Below the pieces are notes generated by a model, which searched no databases, was not told the DNA's origin, and saw nothing but the letters and a program-made list of their open reading frames with translations. This document shows positions 17,178-27,237 of a stretch of DNA of 64,000 nt, in pieces (position 1 is the first letter of the stretch; each line of letters begins with the position of its first letter). The DNA lies in assembly GCA_965603015.1 (NCBI GenBank), contig CBFDBJ010000002.1, positions 29,802 to 93,801 on the forward strand, in the 5' to 3' direction. The position numbers and the translations under genes were made by a program. The DNA is from an uncultured Alphaproteobacteria bacterium. GTDB lineage: Bacteria > Pseudomonadota > Alphaproteobacteria > M2410.

Positions 17178-18761
17178 ATGGCGTTAACACCGAGACTAGA
17201 GCTGCGTCAGGGGCAATCCCTCGTCATGACGCCGCAATTGCAACAGGCGATCAAGCTGCTGCAATTGTCCAATCTCGACCTCCAGGCCTATGTGGCCGAG
17301 GAACTGGAAAGCAATCCTCTGCTTGAGCCTGACGAGCGCGAAAATCGCCCTGACGGCGAAACGCCGCCCGCCGAGGACAACAGTGATGGCACAGTCAATG
17401 GCACCGAAGTGTCAGCCGAAATCACCGACGGGTTCGATGCCCCGCAGGATCTCGTCGACTCAGATGTCCGCCTTGGCGAAGATGCCCCCTCCACCGAAGC
17501 CGGCAGCGATCTCGATACCGATTTCGATAACATCTATGCCGATGAAAGCCAGACCGACAAGGAAGCATCCGTCGAACAGCCCATGGCGGACATGAGCACC
17601 GAAAACTGGAGCAATCCGACATCCGGGTCAGGCGGCAGTCTCAGCGACGACTTCACCGTCGACCAGCTCGGCGCGCAGGATGTTTCTCTGCGAGATCATT
17701 TAAGCGAGCAGCTACCCATTGCCATCTCCGACCCGATGCAGCGCCTGATCGCAAGCGATCTTATCGATTCAGTCAATGAAGCCGGCTATCTGGGCGCAAC
17801 CATTGAAGGGGTTGCAGATCGACTTGGAACCTCTATGAGCGAAGTGGAAGCGGTTCTGGCAATCCTTCACACCCTTGATCCGCCCGGGGTTATGGCGCGC
17901 GATCTTGCCGAGTGCCTGAGCTTGCAACTCAGGGAAAAAGATCGCCTCGATCCGGCCATGACCGCCCTGCTTGACAATCTTGATCTTCTCGCCAAACGCG
18001 AAATCAGTACTCTGATTAAAATTTGCGGTGTTGATGAGGAAGATATCCTGGATATGATCTCGGAGATTCAGAACCTCAACCCGAAACCAGGCCTGGCCTT
18101 TGATAACGAGGCGATGCAGCCTGTCGTACCGGATGTTTTTGTTCGCGAAAAACCGGATGGTGGCTGGCACATCGAACTCAACAATGACACCCTTCCCAGG
18201 GTCCTGGTCAACGCACGCTATTTCTCTGAGGTCAAACAATCTGCCAACAAGGACGAGAAAAATTATCTCAACGAATGTCTCGCCAATGCCAACTGGCTCG
18301 TCAAAAGCCTCGACCAGCGAGCCAAAACAATCCTCAAGGTTTCAACCGAGATCGTTAAACAGCAGGACGGGTTTCTGGTTCACGGGGTGGAACACATGCG
18401 CCCGCTCAATTTGCGCACCGTCGCCGATGCCATCGAGATGAGCGAATCCACCGTCTCGCGGGTAACGTCGAACAAATATATGGCGACCACGCGAGGGGTC
18501 TTTGAATTGAAGTATTTCTTCACCTCCTCGATTGCCGCGGTCGAAGGCGGCGAGGCTCATTCTGCCGAGGCCGTCAGAGCTCGGCTGAAGACACTGATCG
18601 ACAATGAAGACCCCAAGGCCGTGCTGTCTGACGACAAATTGGTCGAGCTACTCAAATCAATGGGCATCGACATTGCCCGTCGCACCGTGGCGAAATATCG
18701 TGAGGCCCTCCGCATCCCCTCATCGGTCCAGCGGCGCCGCCAGAAGAAAATATCGGCCTGA
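17178..18761 (+). CDS. rpoN: RNA polymerase sigma-54 factor
   Basis: MTPQLQQAIKLLQL and the RpoN box ARRTVAKYRE. Confidence 0.97.
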   Translation: MALTPRLELRQGQSLVMTPQLQQAIKLLQLSNLDLQAYVAEELESNPLLEPDERENRPDGETPPAEDNSDGTVNGTEVSAEITDGFDAPQDLVDSDVRLGEDAPSTEAGSDLDTDFDNIYADESQTDKEASVEQPMADMSTENWSNPTSGSGGSLSDDFTVDQLGAQDVSLRDHLSEQLPIAISDPMQRLIASDLIDSVNEAGYLGATIEGVADRLGTSMSEVEAVLAILHTLDPPGVMARDLAECLSLQLREKDRLDPAMTALLDNLDLLAKREISTLIKICGVDEEDILDMISEIQNLNPKPGLAFDNEAMQPVVPDVFVREKPDGGWHIELNNDTLPRVLVNARYFSEVKQSANKDEKNYLNECLANANWLVKSLDQRAKTILKVSTEIVKQQDGFLVHGVEHMRPLNLRTVADAIEMSESTVSRVTSNKYMATTRGVFELKYFFTSSIAAVEGGEAHSAEAVRARLKTLIDNEDPKAVLSDDKLVELLKSMGIDIARRTVAKYREALRIPSSVQRRRQKKISA

Positions 18762-18942
18762 CCAAAATCTGCGGCCTGGCCTGAAGCGCTCCACGCATCA
18801 AAACACCCGAATTAGCGCAAGATTCGCAAGAATATTACGAAAAAATCCCGCCGTTCCGCCAACTTCCTGTCTCCCGAAATCGACAAAGATCAAGCCTTTA
18901 ATTAACCCCTTCATGGGACTATATATCCTGCAGAATGGAAGG

Positions 18943-18971
18943 TTGACACCCCCCGAGGGCAGCCCTATGGT
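18943..18971 (+). promoter_or_regulatory. Sigma70-type promoter upstream of hpf
   Basis: TTGACA-17nt-TATGGT. Confidence 0.55.
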
Positions 18972-19156
18972 CCGCCGCTTTCCGGAGGAGAAGATTAGGT
19001 CGATCAAGCTGTCACCTGAGATTGAGGGGTCAAATGATAGCCCTGAAGCCCGGTGTCAGAAGATCCGGCTGATGACATCTTCAAAACCTGATTCTGAACA
19101 TTTACGTTTCCATGTGCTCATGAATTGAGCCCCCTGCGTATGAAAGATGAAAGACC

Positions 19157-19726
19157 ATGGAACTTCAAATCAGCGGCAAACAAATTGATGTAGGCGACGC
19201 CTTGCGCAGCCACGTGTCTGATCGCCTGGAAGCCGGTATAATAAAATACTTCGACCAGTCGGTTAACGGCCAGGTCTCCTTTGCCAGAGAAGGTAGCGAC
19301 TTTAAGTGCGACGCCAATATTCACCTGAGTTCAGGTATTTCCCTGCAGGCAGGTGGCCAGGCGGGCGATGCCTACGGCGCCTTTGATATGGCCGCCGAAC
19401 GTCTGGAAAAACGTCTGCGCCGGTACAAGCGCCGCCTGAAAGATCATCACAACAATAACAAGGAAGCCATGCCGGCCACATCGGTTGCGTCCTACGTTAT
19501 TCAGGCCAGCAACGACGCCGAGGAACCCTCCGACCTGCAACCTGTCATCGTTGCTGAAGACATGACGCAGATCAAGACCATGTCCGTCGGGGAAGCCGTC
19601 ATGCAAATGGACCTTGCCGACAAGCCGGTCCTGCTGTTCAGAACAATCAAGGACGGGGCCGTCAATGTCGTCTATCGCAGACCAGACGACAATATTGGCT
19701 GGATTGATCCCAACAACGCAAAATAG
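19157..19726 (+). CDS. hpf: Ribosome hibernation promoting factor (long HPF/RaiA)
   Basis: MELQISGKQIDVGDAL...LEKRLRRYK, with C-terminal MSVGEAVMQMDL...YRRPDDNIGWIDP. Confidence 0.92.
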   Translation: MELQISGKQIDVGDALRSHVSDRLEAGIIKYFDQSVNGQVSFAREGSDFKCDANIHLSSGISLQAGGQAGDAYGAFDMAAERLEKRLRRYKRRLKDHHNNNKEAMPATSVASYVIQASNDAEEPSDLQPVIVAEDMTQIKTMSVGEAVMQMDLADKPVLLFRTIKDGAVNVVYRRPDDNIGWIDPNNAK

Positions 19727-19788
19727 ACCCGGAACCGTACAGGCCAGACCACAAGCTCTACAAACGTAACGAATTAAGGCTTAAGACA

Positions 19789-20253
19789 ATGGATCTCCAC
19801 AACCTGGTCAATGCAGACTGCGTCGTGTCTAAATTGAAGGCAAGCAGCAAGAAACAGGCTCTGCAGGAGCTTGCCAACAAGGCGGCCGAAGTGACCGGTC
19901 TGGATGCCGGTGTCATATTCAGCAAACTGCTTGAGCGCGAACGTCTTGGCACCACCGGCGTCGGCCAGGGCATTGCCATTCCGCATGGAAAATTCGAGGA
20001 ACTTGACACGGTGCGCGGCCTTTTTGCACGCCTTGAAACACCTATTGATTTTGAAGCTATGGACGACCAGCCGGTCGATCTGATTTTTGTACTGCTTGCT
20101 CCCGAACCATCAGGGGCCGACCATCTCAAGGCGCTCGCCAGGGTCTCGCGACTTCTGCGCGATCAGTCCATATGTGCAAAACTGCGCGGCGCCGACACCG
20201 CCGACGCTCTCTTTGCCCTCCTCACCGAGACAGAAAAAACCCGCGCCGCATAA
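19789..20253 (+). CDS. ptsN: PTS IIA(Ntr)
   Basis: ERERLGTTGVGQGIAIPH and HLKALA. Confidence 0.95.
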   Translation: MDLHNLVNADCVVSKLKASSKKQALQELANKAAEVTGLDAGVIFSKLLERERLGTTGVGQGIAIPHGKFEELDTVRGLFARLETPIDFEAMDDQPVDLIFVLLAPEPSGADHLKALARVSRLLRDQSICAKLRGADTADALFALLTETEKTRAA

Positions 20254-20275
20254 GTGTGACCGTTGGCAAAATTAA

Positions 20276-20575
20276 TCAGTGAACGCTGACGGCGCGCATT
20301 TCATATTGGCCTGCCGCGGCAAAAGCCGTATCGCGATCATCCAGCAAGGCAACCGGAATGCCGTCGGCCGTGTGAACGGCGAAGAGTTGCATGCCGTCAG
20401 GAATATTGCCAAAGGCATCTGCATCAAAGGCCTTCACTTCCTCAGACGTCACTGACTTCACATAGACGATTTCGCTGATACCCATCATCGCAAGATCATG
20501 GCTGCCTGCCTTCTGGCCCTCGCGCTCGAGAAACTCTTCAAATTGTTTTTTGTGAGATGTGTTTTTGTCCGTCAT
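20276..20575 (-). CDS. DUF1150-family protein
   Basis: IVYVKSV...LFAVHTADG.PVAL...SVH, coupled to hsp20. Confidence 0.75.
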   Translation of the reverse strand: MTDKNTSHKKQFEEFLEREGQKAGSHDLAMMGISEIVYVKSVTSEEVKAFDADAFGNIPDGMQLFAVHTADGIPVALLDDRDTAFAAAGQYEMRAVSVH

Positions 20576-21060
20576 TGGGAACCTCCTGACGATTTGGCCC
20601 CTTCGGCCACCAGTTCTATTTCGCGTAACTCGCCCGGCCCTGAATTTCGTCCATCTGCATTGATCTCGATCGTCTGAACCTGGCTCGCCGGTTTCGGCCG
20701 GGTAAGATCCACATGCAGGAGACCGTTCTCAAGGTCTGCTCCGGCAACATCGATCCCGTCGGCCAGAACAAAGGATCGCTGAAACTGACGTCCCGCGATA
20801 CCGCGGTATACCCAGGTTCGCTCGGTATCATCGACCTGCTTGCCGCGAATAACCAGTTGATTGTCCTCAACGGTCACCGACAGGTCTTCCTTGGAAAAGC
20901 CGGCTACGGCAAGGGTAATCCGAAGACCACCATCATCAAATTGCTCGATATTATAGGGCGGATAGCCTTCCTGCGGGTGCTTGGCAACCTGGTCGAGCAG
21001 ACGCTCGATCTGGTCAAAGCCCAACAGCAGGGGCGAATTGAAATAGCTTTGGCGAGTCAT
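20572..21060 (-). CDS. Small heat shock protein (Hsp20, IbpA-like)
   Basis: YPPYNIE, ITLAVAGF, RGIAGRQFQRSFVLA and LENGLLHVDL. Confidence 0.92.
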   Translation of the reverse strand: MTRQSYFNSPLLLGFDQIERLLDQVAKHPQEGYPPYNIEQFDDGGLRITLAVAGFSKEDLSVTVEDNQLVIRGKQVDDTERTWVYRGIAGRQFQRSFVLADGIDVAGADLENGLLHVDLTRPKPASQVQTIEINADGRNSGPGELREIELVAEGAKSSGGSQ

Positions 21061-21071
21061 AAGACTACGTA

Positions 21072-21090
21072 GCCCTCCATAAGAAGCGAC
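21072..21090 (-). promoter_or_regulatory. ROSE-type RNA thermometer hairpin over the hsp20 SD
   Basis: On the minus strand, GUCGCUUC-UUAU-GGAGGGC: the U(U/C)GCU motif pairs with the SD and has a bulged G. Confidence 0.7.
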
Positions 21091-21140
21091 AAACCGGCGG
21101 ATCCTCCCCAAACTTTGCGGCGAAGGAACCGTTACTTCCC

Positions 21141-21170
21141 CAATGTGGCGATTTTCTCCATACTTTCAAG
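21141..21170 (-). promoter_or_regulatory. Candidate sigma32 (RpoH) promoter for hsp20
   Basis: Minus strand CTTGAA...CCACAT. Confidence 0.5.
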
Positions 21171-21328
21171 GGATTTAGCCCAATTGAAGGCCAAACACTC
21201 CTGATATAGAACTTCCAGCCAGCGTGCAGACATACCGCGTCAACATTCCGGAATTGCCTTTCGGGGTCCAAAGGCGTATGGGGCGAGGCATCAAAACTCA
21301 TTCGCCAGGAACCTTGAATCAAGCGCCT

Positions 21329-23188
21329 ATGGACCTGCCACAGCATCAAAAGACATCCCAAAACCCGGTCATATGGCTGCAGGATCGCGTCGGCGGGAAA
21401 GTTCGCCGCAAGCATTTTCGCGGCTTTGAGGGTGAGATCCGCTGCGACGACCCACAAACCTTTGCTGACACCGCCCGCGAGGCAGAACGGCTGCGCTCTG
21501 AAGGCAAGCATCTTGCCGGCTTCATTTCCTATGAGGCAGGCTATCTCACTGAAGACAGCCTTGCCCGGCTCCTGCCAGACGCCCGTGACGTCCCTCTGAT
21601 CTGGATGGGTGTTTTTGACACCGTCGAGGAAGAAATCATCGCACCGCGTCCGTCAAATCCGCCAGCCGGACAAATGGCCGGGCCCGGGGTGAATGCCATC
21701 GAAACGCTTGATGCAGAACTGACCCGCAAGGACTACACCGGCGCGATCAACCGGACCCTCGACTACATCAAGGCAGGTGACATCTATCAGGCCAATTTCA
21801 CGTACCGCTCGTCTTTTAACTGGTCCGGCGATCCACTTGATCTCTTCGAGAGTTTGACTGCAACCCAGCCCGTCCCCTATGCCGCCTACATCGACACCGG
21901 CCAGGAAATTATTCTTTCCCTCTCGCCGGAACTCTATTTTGATATTTCAGGTAGCATCATCCGTGTACGGCCCATGAAGGGCACGGCGCGGCGCGGGCGA
22001 ACCACCGATGAGGATCGCCGTCTGGCTGACGCTCTGGCCCGCGACCCCAAGGAGCGTGCCGAGAACCTCATGATCCTCGACCTGATGCGCAACGATCTGT
22101 CCCGCATCACCGCGCCCGGCAGCGTCAAGGTGCCCAAACGGTTCACCGTCGAGCGCTATCGCACAGTGCATCAAATGACCTCCAGCGTTGAGGCGCGCCT
22201 CCAGCCCGGCACAGATTTCCCCGCACTACTGGGTGCCCTGTTCCCTTGCGGGTCCGTAACAGGCGCCCCCAAGGTACGCGCCATGGAAATCATATCCGAG
22301 CTCGAACACAGCCCGCGCGGGGTCTATACCGGCGCCATCGGCCATCTGGAGCCCGGCGGAGACGCCACCTTCAATGTTGCCATTCGCACTTTGACCCTGA
22401 AACCTCAAGGTGAGACCAGGCAACAATGGCGCGGCAGTGTCGGGGTTGGCGGCGGCATCGTCTATGATTCCACGCCTGAACGGGAATTTGAAGAATGCCA
22501 GGTCAAGATTGCCTTCCTCGACAGATCCGGCAAAGAGCCCGTCGAGCTTATCGAGACCATGAAAGCCGAAGCGGGCGAAGTCTATCTTCTGGACGAACAT
22601 CTCGCTCGTCTCGAAGATTCCGCCCGCTATTTCGACTTTCCTTGCGCGGTAGAGACCACAAGAGACTCTATTGAAGCCAGAGCAACATCGCTTGGCTCGG
22701 GGTCCTGGCGCCTGCGCCTTCTGCTCAGTGCCGATGGTTCAATCGACCTCACCGACGCGCCCCTGGAGGACCGCCAGGCACCGCTGCGCTTTACCATCGC
22801 GTCGCAACCGGTCTTCTCGAGCGATCCTTTCCTGTTTCACAAAACCACCCGCCGCGCGCTCTTCGATGAAACCCTTGCAGCCGAAGCCGCCCGCAGCGGT
22901 GCCGATGAAGTCCTCTTCCTCAATGAACGCGGCGAGCTGACGGAAGGATCAAGGTCCAATGTCTTTCTGCGCAAGGACGGCATCCTCCTTACGCCGCCGC
23001 TCGCCAGCGGCTGCCTCCCGGGAACCTTGCGCGCCCATCTGCTCGGCGATCCGGGTACTCAAATTGTCGAGCAGGTGCTAACCCTCTCGGATCTCGATAC
23101 ATGCGATGAAATCCTCTTCGGCAATTCCGTCCGCGGTCTGGAACCTGCCATTCTCGTTTCCGAGGGTCTGCGCATTGCCAGCGAATAG
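21329..23188 (+). CDS. pabB: Fused aminodeoxychorismate synthase component I / ADC lyase (PabB-PabC)
   Basis: SPELY, PMKGT, ENLMILDLMRNDL and SVTGAPK, followed by the class IV aminotransferase motifs FHKTT, LTEGSRSNVF and CLPGT. Confidence 0.88.
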   Translation: MDLPQHQKTSQNPVIWLQDRVGGKVRRKHFRGFEGEIRCDDPQTFADTAREAERLRSEGKHLAGFISYEAGYLTEDSLARLLPDARDVPLIWMGVFDTVEEEIIAPRPSNPPAGQMAGPGVNAIETLDAELTRKDYTGAINRTLDYIKAGDIYQANFTYRSSFNWSGDPLDLFESLTATQPVPYAAYIDTGQEIILSLSPELYFDISGSIIRVRPMKGTARRGRTTDEDRRLADALARDPKERAENLMILDLMRNDLSRITAPGSVKVPKRFTVERYRTVHQMTSSVEARLQPGTDFPALLGALFPCGSVTGAPKVRAMEIISELEHSPRGVYTGAIGHLEPGGDATFNVAIRTLTLKPQGETRQQWRGSVGVGGGIVYDSTPEREFEECQVKIAFLDRSGKEPVELIETMKAEAGEVYLLDEHLARLEDSARYFDFPCAVETTRDSIEARATSLGSGSWRLRLLLSADGSIDLTDAPLEDRQAPLRFTIASQPVFSSDPFLFHKTTRRALFDETLAAEAARSGADEVLFLNERGELTEGSRSNVFLRKDGILLTPPLASGCLPGTLRAHLLGDPGTQIVEQVLTLSDLDTCDEILFGNSVRGLEPAILVSEGLRIASE

Positions 23189-23238
23189 GACAGGCGACTA
23201 AACCGGGGCGCCGCGGCTCGATCAGACACATCGCACCA

Positions 23239-23958
23239 TCAAATTGGCAGCAGCTCGCGCAGTGCTTCGTACTTACCAAAATAAATCAGGGTAAATCCGA
23301 TGGTGTCGACAAAACCATGTACCAAAATATTGAGCCAGATGTTGCGCCCGTTAAAAAGATAGAGGATGCCAAAAAACAATCCCATAAGCCCGGTCATGAT
23401 CATACCCGTTGGCCCTTGATAAAAATGGGACAATCCGAAGACAATCGATGAGACTATTACCCCGAGGATATATCCGATAGTTTTGCCGCCCAGTAGACGC
23501 CCTACTTCCTGAACCAGATAACCGCGAAAAAACATTTCCTCAAGAAATCCGCCGACGATCCAGCCGACGGCAAGCATCACGGCCGTATTGACAAGATTGC
23601 CCTTGAGCGCTTCGAAAGCGGAAAAGTCAGATTTGTCCCCGGTCAGGGTCTCGACAAAAGGCTCGATGAAAACACTCGATCCGATTTCAAAAACGAAGGC
23701 CAGAAGGATGGCAAGACCGAAAACCCTGCGCCAGCTTTGCGGGCGCCTGAACCCCAACCTGCCGAACCCCTCATGTCTGAGGACAGAGACAACAAGCACA
23801 AGCAAGAATCCCGCAAGCACCGGAATATTGGCCCACGGGCCGGACGCAAAGACCACAAGGCTTGCAACAATCAGCAAAAGGATTGGCCCGCTAACCTGCA
23901 CCCGATCGAACCGTGATGAGAACCATTGTCGGAAAGACAATCTTTCAGTGTCTGTCAT
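23239..23958 (-). CDS. CPBP (CAAX/Abi) intramembrane glutamic endopeptidase
   Basis: EEMFFRG, FGLSH and HGFVD motifs; multiple TM helices. Confidence 0.9.
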   Translation of the reverse strand: MTDTERLSFRQWFSSRFDRVQVSGPILLLIVASLVVFASGPWANIPVLAGFLLVLVVSVLRHEGFGRLGFRRPQSWRRVFGLAILLAFVFEIGSSVFIEPFVETLTGDKSDFSAFEALKGNLVNTAVMLAVGWIVGGFLEEMFFRGYLVQEVGRLLGGKTIGYILGVIVSSIVFGLSHFYQGPTGMIMTGLMGLFFGILYLFNGRNIWLNILVHGFVDTIGFTLIYFGKYEALRELLPI

Positions 23959-24033
23959 ATTACCCCCGCTATTTCAGCCACTATGCAAAATAAGTACCTC
24001 CCAATGCAAGACTGACACCGAAAGTATCAACAT

Positions 24034-24085
24034 TTGACGCCTTATTCACGGCCCGACAGGCTCGCCCTTGACGCACCTGTGACGG
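24034..24085 (+). promoter_or_regulatory. Four phased heptamer boxes (KTSACRS)
   Basis: TTGACGC 24034, TTCACGG 24045, TTGACGC 24068 and GTGACGG 24079 (offsets 0/11/34/45). Confidence 0.65.
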
Positions 24086-24151
24086 CCATCCGGCAAAACA
24101 CACTCCGAATTCAAAGTTATCCCGAACGGGATATCAAACAGGAGTGATGTC

Positions 24152-24499
24152 ATGCATATTGAAATTCCCCTTCTGGGCCTCGCGCTCTACCTTCTATTCT
24201 GGGACAAACTGCCGAACTGGGGCACGTGGTTTAACTGGATCGTGGGTCACATGCCCCGCTGCGTTCAATACCTCTACACGAAATGGCATTGCGCCTATTG
24301 CAGCGGGTTCTGGCTTGGTCTGGCCCTTCATGGCATCACCGGCATGTGGTTCCTTCCCGAACTGCAAACCCTGCCGCACTATTGGGGACCAGCCGGCCCC
24401 TTCATTGGGTGGTTCCTCGATGCCCTCGCCGTCGCCACGGTAATTTTTATCTCGAAGACACTCTTCGACATGATCAAGCGTATTGGCAAAGCGGCCTAA
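24152..24499 (+). CDS. Small membrane protein with a CxxC motif (DUF1360-like)
   Basis: KWHCAYCSGFWLG, hydrophobic, with an AGGAG RBS. Confidence 0.7.
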   Translation: MHIEIPLLGLALYLLFWDKLPNWGTWFNWIVGHMPRCVQYLYTKWHCAYCSGFWLGLALHGITGMWFLPELQTLPHYWGPAGPFIGWFLDALAVATVIFISKTLFDMIKRIGKAA

Positions 24500-26511
24500 T
24501 CGGGCACGCCTGCCTTCTTGAGTCCCTCGATGTAGTGCTCCCGCTGTTCGTCGATTTCCAGATAGAACAAACGATCCCGTGCAAATGAACATGTAAAGGC
24601 CGGATTGAGACGCAAGAGGTCACGGCAAGCCTCTTGCGCTTCGGCTGTCCGGCCCAGGTGTCCGAGCGCCGCCGTCAGGACCGCATTGGCCCAGTAGTGT
24701 GAGTTGGGCACGCGGGCGGCCTGTGCGCCCCAGTCGGCGGCCTTCTCGTGATCTTTCCTGAAGAGATGCGCAACAGCCCCGTACATCAAAAACGCCCAGC
24801 GATAGGGGTCATTGGGGCTGAGGCGAATGGCTTCCTCGAACCGCGCGACTGATTCCTCAAGTCGCCCGGCATAGGCCAGCGAATCGCCAAGCCCGCAGTG
24901 CGCCTGCGCCATGGTCGGATTGAGTCTGGTGGCTGTTTCGAGGGCACTGAGCGAGGCTTCATATTCCCCGCGCGCAAGATGAGCGCGGCCAAGGGCAAAA
25001 TGGGCAATGGCATCGCGATCGTCAAACCGGGTTGCCTTCTTTGCCAGCGCCAGCGCTTCATCGAGAAGGCCTGATGTCTCGTCCGCCTCAAAATAAATCG
25101 TACCGATCACCATGGCATAGGAAAGCCGCGCATAGGCAGCACCAAAGTTGGGGTCCAGATCAATTGCCCGCCGGAAGAGATCTTGCGCCTCCGCATTGCT
25201 TTGCTTGCCAAACTCGTATTGCGTCGCGAGGCCAAGGTGATAGCAATCCCAGGCACTCATGTGCCTGTTTTCAATATGACGCGCCCGCTGGCCTTCAATA
25301 CTTGTGAGCTCGGCTTCAAGTGTTGCCGCGATAATCTCCGTGAGTTCATCCTGAACCGCCAGCAGGTCTTCAACGCGGCGATCATAACGCTGAACCCAGA
25401 GATATTTTCGCGAGCGCAAATCTATAAGCTGAACAGTCAGGCGGAGGCGATCTCCAGATTTTCGCAATGTGCCCTCGACCCCGTATTCAGCGCCTTCATC
25501 GGTCGCACGTTTTTGCATCTCCCGGGGATTATCCGCGGGAGACAGGCGCGCACTCAAGGCAATGACCGAAAGCCAGCGATACCTGGCAAGCGCTGTTGTC
25601 AGGTCTTCGGTCACGGCTTCACCGGTGAAATCGCCATCATCGTTATTACCCAGGGTGCCAAAGGGGAAAACCGTAAGGGTTGGCATTGATAGTGCTGAAG
25701 ATTGGGCGAAAAAAGGGCTTGCGGAAACGGGGGCCGGGGCCAAATCTGGATTTGCGGCTGCAAGCTTGACTGGCTCGGCTGCAGGCGCGGCGCCGCGAAT
25801 TTCCTCAACCAGTCGTTTTGTTTCAGCCTCCGGCTCCACGTCGAGCTCTGCCTTCAGAAGCGCGGCACAAGTCTTGTATTGGCGTATGGCAGTAGCCCGC
25901 TGTCCGCTCTGTGCCAGAATACGCATCAACTGACGATGCGACGGCTCACGCAAGGGATCAAAGGCGATGAGACGTTGCGCCGTCTCAATCGCTTCCGCCG
26001 AATTTCCATCCCGGACACGAAACTCAGCTGTCTGACTAAAAACCTTGCAGGCCAGTTCGCCAAACCGGGCGCGCTCTGTGCGAAGCCATTCATCAAACAG
26101 ATCGCCCGCACTAAAACCCTCAAGAAGCGCATCGGTGTAAAGTGCTTCGGCCCGGAGCAGGGCTTCCGGTGAAGTTGCTTGCGCCAGGGTTTCAAATGCA
26201 TGCGTGTCAATATCAACCAGATCCGGGTCAAGCCCGACCTGATCAGCATTGGCCCAGAGAACATCCCGCTCCCCGACATTGACTACCTGACGCAGTTTCG
26301 AGACGGCCTGGCGCAGGCTTTGGCGCGCCTGATCATCAAACCGGTCGCCCCACAAAAGGTTGATCAACTTGTTGCGCGATGGCGGCTGGCTCATGTTGAG
26401 CGCAAGGCACGCGAGCAGGGCCTGTTGCTTGGCCCCGGCAACAACAAGGGGCGCTCCGTCCGGTCCGACGACCTGCAGACGGCCAAACAGCTTGATGGAT
26501 AAGCGGCTCAA
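24496..26511 (-). CDS. SARP/BTAD transcriptional regulator with TolB-like and TPR domains
   Basis: LFGRLQV...LLWGD...ARQSLRQAVSKLR (wHTH), DPLREPSHRQLM (BTAD), and C-terminal TPR repeats. Confidence 0.88.
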   Translation of the reverse strand: MSRLSIKLFGRLQVVGPDGAPLVVAGAKQQALLACLALNMSQPPSRNKLINLLWGDRFDDQARQSLRQAVSKLRQVVNVGERDVLWANADQVGLDPDLVDIDTHAFETLAQATSPEALLRAEALYTDALLEGFSAGDLFDEWLRTERARFGELACKVFSQTAEFRVRDGNSAEAIETAQRLIAFDPLREPSHRQLMRILAQSGQRATAIRQYKTCAALLKAELDVEPEAETKRLVEEIRGAAPAAEPVKLAAANPDLAPAPVSASPFFAQSSALSMPTLTVFPFGTLGNNDDGDFTGEAVTEDLTTALARYRWLSVIALSARLSPADNPREMQKRATDEGAEYGVEGTLRKSGDRLRLTVQLIDLRSRKYLWVQRYDRRVEDLLAVQDELTEIIAATLEAELTSIEGQRARHIENRHMSAWDCYHLGLATQYEFGKQSNAEAQDLFRRAIDLDPNFGAAYARLSYAMVIGTIYFEADETSGLLDEALALAKKATRFDDRDAIAHFALGRAHLARGEYEASLSALETATRLNPTMAQAHCGLGDSLAYAGRLEESVARFEEAIRLSPNDPYRWAFLMYGAVAHLFRKDHEKAADWGAQAARVPNSHYWANAVLTAALGHLGRTAEAQEACRDLLRLNPAFTCSFARDRLFYLEIDEQREHYIEGLKKAGVPD

Positions 26512-26636
26512 AAGCCTCCCCTTAAACGCATTTCATGTGCAATGGCGCAAAACTACCACCGGCGGACGCGAATTTCTATCCACAAGTTGCACGCCGCTTG
26601 GGCCAGACTTGCAAAATTCGTCCGATTTTTTCCGGT

Positions 26637-26688
26637 TTGACGGTTTTTTGACGCTTGCCGGCAGTCTGACGTCACAGCGCGGTGACAG
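26637..26688 (+). promoter_or_regulatory. Four phased heptamer boxes (KTSACRS)
   Basis: TTGACGG 26637, TTGACGC 26648, GTCACAG 26671 and GTGACAG 26682 (offsets 0/11/34/45). Confidence 0.65.
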
Positions 26689-26749
26689 GCCCCCGCTAGA
26701 AATGCACCCGTCAAACAGCAAAACAGCAAACCAAACCGGAGACTTTCAA

Positions 26750-27109
26750 ATGACACAAAATATCCTGATCAATAACCAGCATGGCCGTGACGACGTGGAA
26801 AAGGCGACCATCGCCATAACCATCGCCAATGTGGCGTCCACAAAGGACTGCCAGACCATGATGTTCCTGACCTGTGGCGGTCTTGACCTCGTCACCAAAG
26901 GCGGTGCCGAAAACATGCACCTCAAGGGTTACCGCGCTGTGGATGACCTGATGGAAAGCTACATTGGCAACGGCGGCAAGTTCTGGGTCTGCAAGGCCTG
27001 CGCCGACGCCAAGGGCATCACACAGGACGATCTCATTGACGCCGCAACCCTCGCCGGGGCATCCGACACAATCGCCTACCTGGAAGCCGGCGCAAACCTT
27101 CTCATGTAG
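26750..27109 (+). CDS. DsrE/DsrF-like (peroxiredoxin-like) protein
   Basis: MFLTCGG and GGKFWVCKACADAKG, with a GGAG RBS. Confidence 0.8.
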   Translation: MTQNILINNQHGRDDVEKATIAITIANVASTKDCQTMMFLTCGGLDLVTKGGAENMHLKGYRAVDDLMESYIGNGGKFWVCKACADAKGITQDDLIDAATLAGASDTIAYLEAGANLLM

Positions 27110-27237
27110 CTCTTGTCGTCCCGCCCGAACCTTCAAGCACTACACTTTATGAACTTGACCTCTTGAGGGTAGACTGAAACCATTCCAGATAGTGCCACAG
27201 GCCCGGATCAGCCGGGCAGCAACACCAGGAGATCGCC

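Noticed and set aside
18604-19128. 174-aa ORF spanning the rpoN-hpf gap
   Set aside because: It overlaps rpoN out of frame and runs across the hpf promoter, with no protein-like motifs.
21329-23188. PabB-PabC fusion as a novelty
   Set aside because: This is a common, known architecture.
27154-27175. TTGACCTCTTGAGGG as a MerR/SoxR-type operator before cysK
   Set aside because: The dyad is too short and there is no convincing -10 element at 19-bp spacing.
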